From positions 35,980 to 59,979 of the forward strand of contig CAVPWA010000009.1 of assembly GCA_963709375.1 (NCBI GenBank): DNA of 24,000 nt, written 5' to 3'. Within the stretch, counting starts at the first letter, position 1; the number at the start of each line of letters is the position of its first letter. Both the position numbers and the translations under genes were made by a program. The notes under the pieces are model-generated. The model searched no databases and was not told the origin of the DNA. It was given only the letters and a program-made list of their open reading frames with translations. Origin of the DNA: an uncultured Solirubrobacterales bacterium. GTDB lineage: Bacteria; Actinomycetota; Thermoleophilia; Solirubrobacterales; 70-9. Shown piece after piece: positions 20,028 through 24,000 of the stretch.

Positions 20028-21629
20028 TTGAGCGCCCTGCTGATCGCCGCAGTTGTCCTGCCGGGCATCGCGGTCATTTTCGGAGTGGCGGCAGGGGCAC
20101 AACGGCACCAGGCCGTAGCCCGCATCGGAGTGGCGCTGAACCTCGCCTCGCTGGCCCTCGCTTTCGCCGTCTTCATTTCAGTCTGGGCAGACTCTCCGGC
20201 AGCCGCGGTCATCGAGAACGGATCCGGCGAAGCCGTACTGGGTCTGGTCGCCGACCGGGTCACCTCGGTCCTGCTGCTTCTGGTTCTCGGTGTCAGCGCC
20301 GTGGTCCAGGCCTTCGCCGGCCGCTACCTCGGCGGCGACGTGCGTGCCGGACGATTCTTCAACGGGGCAAACCTGCTCACCTTCTCGACCGCCCTGATGG
20401 TCACTTCGGTCACCTTCATCGGGCTGGCGATCGCCTGGACCGTCGCCGGTATCTCGGTGGTCCTGCTGCTCGCCATGTACAGCGGTTTCGAGGCCGCCAG
20501 GGAAGGGGTCCGGCGGGCGGTCCGGATCTTCGTGATCGGAGACGTCGCGATCTGGGCAGCCGTCATCCTTGCCACCATCGAGTGGGGATCGCTGGACCTG
20601 CGCACGCTCGGCCAGTCGGGACCCGAACTGGCCGGCGCCTCGATGCTCGTTCCGGTGGCCTGCCTGCTGGTCGTGGCCGCGATGGCCCGCTCGGCCCAGT
20701 TGCCGCTTCAGAGCTGGCTGCCGGCCACGCTCGCCGTGCCCACACCGGTCTCGGCTCTGCTCCACGCAGGGGTCGTGAACGCCGGCGGCATCCTGCTGGT
20801 CAGGCTGAGCCCGGTCTTCGGTGCATCGTCCGAGGCCACCCATCTCGCTTTCTTCGCCGGGGCCGCGACAACCGTCTACGGCACCGCCCTGATGCTCTCC
20901 AAGACCGACGTAAAGGGCGCACTGGCCCACTCGACGATGGGTCAGATGGGCTTCATGATCATGACCTGCGGACTCGGCGCCTACGCCGCGGCAGTCTTCC
21001 ACCTGTTCGCCCACGGCATGTACAAAGCGACCCTCTTCCTCGGCTCGGGGGCGGCTGTCCACAGTAAGGTGCGCCACGCCAAGGCCCCGCCGGTCGGGAC
21101 GGCTACTCCTGCCGCGAAGGCATTCTCGATCGCCCTTGCGGCCGCGGTTCCCGCCGCCGTTCTGCTCATCTTCGCCGAGCTGCTCTACCCGGACCGTTCC
21201 TCCGGTGCCAACGCCCTGCTGCTATTTGCCTGGGCCACCGGAGCCTGGATCCTGTACGGCTGGGGCAGGCGCCACGCCTCGGTCGTCGGCGCCCTCTCGG
21301 GCGCCGGGCTGGTCACGCTCGCGGCCGGGGCCTATGTCCTGCTGCTGAGCTCGGTCAGCGAGTTCATGGCACCTGCCCTCGCCGGAGCGGGGGAGGCGGT
21401 CGTCTCGCCCTGGTGGGTTGCCGGACTGTTCGTCCTGATGGCGCTGGCCGGGCTCACCGCGCTCGCCGGACCCGGCGGGCGAATCGCTGAAATCCGAAAG
21501 ACCATCTACGTTCTGGCGCTCGGGGCCGGCCAGGTGAGCGAGCGGCGCAGGCGCCCGGTCCGCTCCGAAAGGCCGGTTCCGGCCGGCTCCGGAGGCCTGA
21601 TGCCGGAATCCCAGGGAGCGAGCTCGTGA
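20028..21629 (+). CDS. dabB: DabB: proton-conducting membrane subunit (NuoL/MrpA, PF00361-type) of a DAB inorganic-carbon uptake complex
   Basis: 533-aa polytopic protein. TTG start with GGAGG 6 nt upstream. Conserved PF00361 core: ARSAQLPLQSWLPATLAVPTPVSALLHAGVVNAGGILLVRL and KGALAHSTMGQMGFMIMTCGLGAYAAAVFHLFAHGMYKATLFLGSG. The identity as DabB rests on the 4-nt overlap (GTGA) with the DUF2309/dabA gene. Confidence 0.85.
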   Translation: MSALLIAAVVLPGIAVIFGVAAGAQRHQAVARIGVALNLASLALAFAVFISVWADSPAAAVIENGSGEAVLGLVADRVTSVLLLLVLGVSAVVQAFAGRYLGGDVRAGRFFNGANLLTFSTALMVTSVTFIGLAIAWTVAGISVVLLLAMYSGFEAAREGVRRAVRIFVIGDVAIWAAVILATIEWGSLDLRTLGQSGPELAGASMLVPVACLLVVAAMARSAQLPLQSWLPATLAVPTPVSALLHAGVVNAGGILLVRLSPVFGASSEATHLAFFAGAATTVYGTALMLSKTDVKGALAHSTMGQMGFMIMTCGLGAYAAAVFHLFAHGMYKATLFLGSGAAVHSKVRHAKAPPVGTATPAAKAFSIALAAAVPAAVLLIFAELLYPDRSSGANALLLFAWATGAWILYGWGRRHASVVGALSGAGLVTLAAGAYVLLLSSVSEFMAPALAGAGEAVVSPWWVAGLFVLMALAGLTALAGPGGRIAEIRKTIYVLALGAGQVSERRRRPVRSERPVPAGSGGLMPESQGASS

Positions 21630-22873
21630 ACGCAACGATGACTCAGGTCGACCCGGTTCGGGCAGCCGAACGGGCAAGACTGGTCTCCGACATCAAGTCC
21701 GCTGGAGAGGTGCTTTCCCAGGCCTGGCCGATCGAGACCTTCATCGCGGTGAACCCGCTCGGTGGTTTCGAACACCTGCCCTTCGGCGAAGCGGTCACGA
21801 AGGCGGGTCAGGTCCTCGGCGCCAACGGCACTCTGGGCGAGCAGGCCTTCCGCGACCTCCATTCGCAGGGTCGGATCACCGACTCCGACCTCCGTTCGGC
21901 GCTCTGCCGGCGCCAGCCGACGTTGATGTCGGCGTCACCGGTCGAGATCGGCGAAAGGTCCGTAGAGGCTGCCGAGCTGCTGATCGGGGATCTCCTTCAA
22001 GGCCGCGCGGCCGCTCCGCCGGCCCGCCTCGAGACGATGATCAGTGAGCGGCTGCAACCCGCCGTCGCGACGGAGGTCGACAACCAGACATCGAAATGGT
22101 GCGCGGCCTTCCTCGATAACGGTCAGGCCGGCTGGCAGATGCCCGGCCGCGAGGCCGGCTTCTACGCTGCCTGGCGCGACCTCGCCCCGAGGGACCGCAA
22201 GCTCCCCTCCGCGGCACGGGCGGCTATGCAGGACCTCGCCGAGCGCCCCGACGATGCGGTTCTGGACGCTCTTGCGAAGCTGGGAGTCGACTCCTCAGCC
22301 CGGCGCAGCTACATGCGGGCCCACCTGACCCGGATGCCGGGCTGGTCGGCTCACGTGCGCTGGCACGGCGACCACAGCGGCTCGATCGACCTGGTCTCGT
22401 TGCTGGCGATGAGGCTCTCGGTTGAGGTGGCGCTGCTCGAAGGCGAGCCGGGGGGAGCTTCCGGGATCGCCGGAGATGACCCAGTCGCCGCGAAGCGGCC
22501 ACCGGCAGGGCCAGCGGCCGATCCGAGGCAGCGGGCCTGCGATCAACTCGAGCGCCTCGGCCTGGCCGGGGCAGCCGGCGCGAGCGAAATCGAAGCGGTC
22601 GCCGCGATCCTCGAGCCGATGTCGCCGGGGGAGAGAGCCCTCGTCTGGCTCGACGCCTACGAGACCCACTACCGCGACCCGTTGATCGAAGAGCTGTCGG
22701 GCGAGCCCGTCCGGTCCCGGTCCCGAGCGGCCGGACGCCCAGCTGGTCTGCTGTATCGACGCCCGGTCGGAGGGCATTCGCCGCCACTTCGAGCAGACCG
22801 GCCCCTACGAAACCCTCGGCTTCGCCGGCTTCTTCGCAGTAGCCATCCGCTACCGCGATCTGGCCGGCGGTGA
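21626..22873 (+). CDS. dabA: DabA (DUF2309) N-terminal segment. DabA-like sequence is readable to about 22710. The remaining 3' part of this ORF is out-of-frame read-through after a +1 frame break.
   Basis: GTG start. AWPIETFIAVNPLGGFEHLPFGEAV is the DUF2309 N-terminal signature, followed by YMRAHLTRMPGWSAHVRW and LVWLDAYETHYRDPLIEEL. After ...SGEPV the frame-2 translation becomes Arg/Pro-rich nonsense (RSRSRAAGRPAGLLYRRPVGGHSPPLRADRP...). Confidence 0.8.
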   Translation: MNATMTQVDPVRAAERARLVSDIKSAGEVLSQAWPIETFIAVNPLGGFEHLPFGEAVTKAGQVLGANGTLGEQAFRDLHSQGRITDSDLRSALCRRQPTLMSASPVEIGERSVEAAELLIGDLLQGRAAAPPARLETMISERLQPAVATEVDNQTSKWCAAFLDNGQAGWQMPGREAGFYAAWRDLAPRDRKLPSAARAAMQDLAERPDDAVLDALAKLGVDSSARRSYMRAHLTRMPGWSAHVRWHGDHSGSIDLVSLLAMRLSVEVALLEGEPGGASGIAGDDPVAAKRPPAGPAADPRQRACDQLERLGLAGAAGASEIEAVAAILEPMSPGERALVWLDAYETHYRDPLIEELSGEPVRSRSRAAGRPAGLLYRRPVGGHSPPLRADRPLRNPRLRRLLRSSHPLPRSGRR

Positions 22874-24000
22874 TGCCAGTTCGCTCTGCCCGGTCCTGCT
22901 CGAGGCGCGCAACGAGATCAACGAGCTTCCGGCCGGTGGTGCCGACGGCAAGGCCGAGCGGCGGCTTGCCGGCCTCCAGGCGATCTCCGGCGCCGAAGAC
23001 AGCTTCCATGCCGCCGAGAGCAACCTGACGGCGCCGTTCGTGCTGGCTGAAACCACTGGTTGGGCTTCGGGCCCGGTGGCCGCGGCGAAGACCTTCTTCT
23101 CGCGCGGCTTCGGGCAGATGCGCAGCAACATGCACCGAAAGGCTGCCCCGCCGGCCCCTACCGTGCTCTCGGTCAAAGAAGGATTCAGCTACGAGGAACG
23201 GACCCTGTTCGCCGAGGTGGCGCTGACGATGATGGGTCTGACCGAGCGCTTCGGACGTCTGGTGCTGCTCTGCGGACACGGAAGCACGACCGAGAACAAT
23301 CCCTACGAAGCCGCACTCGACTGCGGAGCCTGCGGCGGCAACCGCGGTGCCCCGAACGCCCGCACGGCTGCCGCGATCCTCAACAGCCAGGACGTCCGCG
23401 AGCATCTCGCCGCCAAGGGAATCGAGATCCCCGACGACACCTGGTTCGCCGCGGCAGAGCACGACACCGCCACCGACCGGGTCACCCTGCTCGACCGTCA
23501 CCTCGTCCCGCAGGATCACCAGGCCGGGCTCGACCGTCTCGAGCAGGATCTGGCGACTTCCGGTGCCAACCTGAGCGCCGAGCGCTGCGGCAACATGCCG
23601 GGAGCACCGCAGGGCAGCTCTCCCGATTCGGCCGCCCGCCACGTCCAGGGCCGTTCCACCGACTGGGCGCAGGTATTCCCGGAATGGGGCCTGGCAGGCA
23701 ACGCCGCCTTCATCGTCGGACCCCGTTCGATAACCCGCGGCTTCGACCTCGGACGCCGCACCTTCCTTCACTCCTACGAGGCCGGGGTGGACCGGGATGG
23801 CGAGGCACTGGAAACGATCCTCACCGCCCCTATGGTTGTCGCCCAGTGGATCAACTGCCAGTACTACTTCTCGACCGTCGATCCACTGGCCTTCGGTGCC
23901 GGCTCGAAGACGATCCACAATGTGGTCGGCGGAGTCGGCGTCCTGGCCGGGCACGGCGGCGATCTCCAGCTCGGTCTGCCCTGGCAGTCGGTCGCCGACG
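22686..24000 (+). CDS. dabA: DabA (DUF2309) C-terminal segment in the +1 frame relative to 21626. It is open from the stop at 22683-22685 to the window end, and the gene continues beyond 24000.
   Basis: Frame-3 translation: ...GPGPERPDAQLVCCIDARSEGIRRHFEQTGPYETLGFAGFF...LLCGHGSTTENNPYEAALDCGACGG...AQVFPEWGLAGNAAFIVGPR...TAPMVVAQWINCQYYFSTVDP...GSKTIHNVVGG. This contains the DabA zinc-site residues (Cys 22752, Asp 22758, His 23277, Cys 23322; the His-to-Cys spacing of 15 matches H524/C539 of Halothiobacillus DabA). There are no stops through position 24000. Confidence 0.85.

Noticed and set aside
20009-21067. 352-aa + strand ORF and 299-aa minus-strand ORF (20178-21077) within dabB
   Set aside because: They are off-frame and extremely Arg/Gly/Pro-rich. 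The dabB frame (TTG 20028 with a GGAGG SD) encodes a polytopic PF00361 protein.
22700-22730. Programmed +1 ribosomal frameshift in dabA
   Set aside because: I could not recognise a slippery or rare-codon stall context or a stimulatory structure. An indel (real or from sequencing) in the G/C-rich ggtcccggtccc tract is the simpler explanation. It is kept as a possibility to test, not as a call.
22224-23954. 576-aa minus-strand ORF opposite dabA
   Set aside because: Same reasoning: low-complexity R/A/G/P composition. The + strand carries unmistakable DUF2309 motifs (CIDARSE, HGS...LDCGACGG, QWINCQYYFS).

Overview
High-GC, densely coded chromosomal segment with about 24 protein genes. I found no rRNA, tRNA, CRISPR array, transposase or integrase. 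Composition and protein families suggest an Actinomycetota/Thermoleophilia-like monoderm, but that is inference only. Gene order, left to right: 5' end of a MalT/LuxR-type regulator (-); a 4-TM membrane protein; an SCP2 plus alpha/beta-hydrolase fusion; a LamG-domain protein with a polybasic tail; a C-terminal DUF2254 remnant; a small membrane protein and a flavodoxin-like FMN reductase (-); a secreted blue-copper (cupredoxin) protein; a 539-aa protein whose motifs match a PHM/DBH-type two-copper monooxygenase fused to a second cupredoxin; two translationally coupled COG4315 (Yx[FWY]xxD) paralogs of opposite charge; a Lys-rich secreted protein and a full-length DUF2254 gene (-); a heliorhodopsin followed 4 nt later by an Fe-S cluster type cryptochrome/photolyase (FeS-BCP); trpB2 coupled to an ABM monooxygenase; a Zn alcohol dehydrogenase; a tandem USP (-); a thioredoxin-fold protein and DipZ; a small wHTH regulator (-) divergent from a dabB-dabA inorganic-carbon pump operon, in which dabA is broken by a +1 frame change. 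The most interesting items are (i) the PHM-like/cupredoxin fusion with its upstream free cupredoxin, (ii) the heliorhodopsin-FeS-BCP operon, (iii) a Cys-bracketed polybasic module shared by two unrelated exported proteins, and (iv) the frame-broken dabA. All homology calls come from reading motifs by eye. No database search was run.
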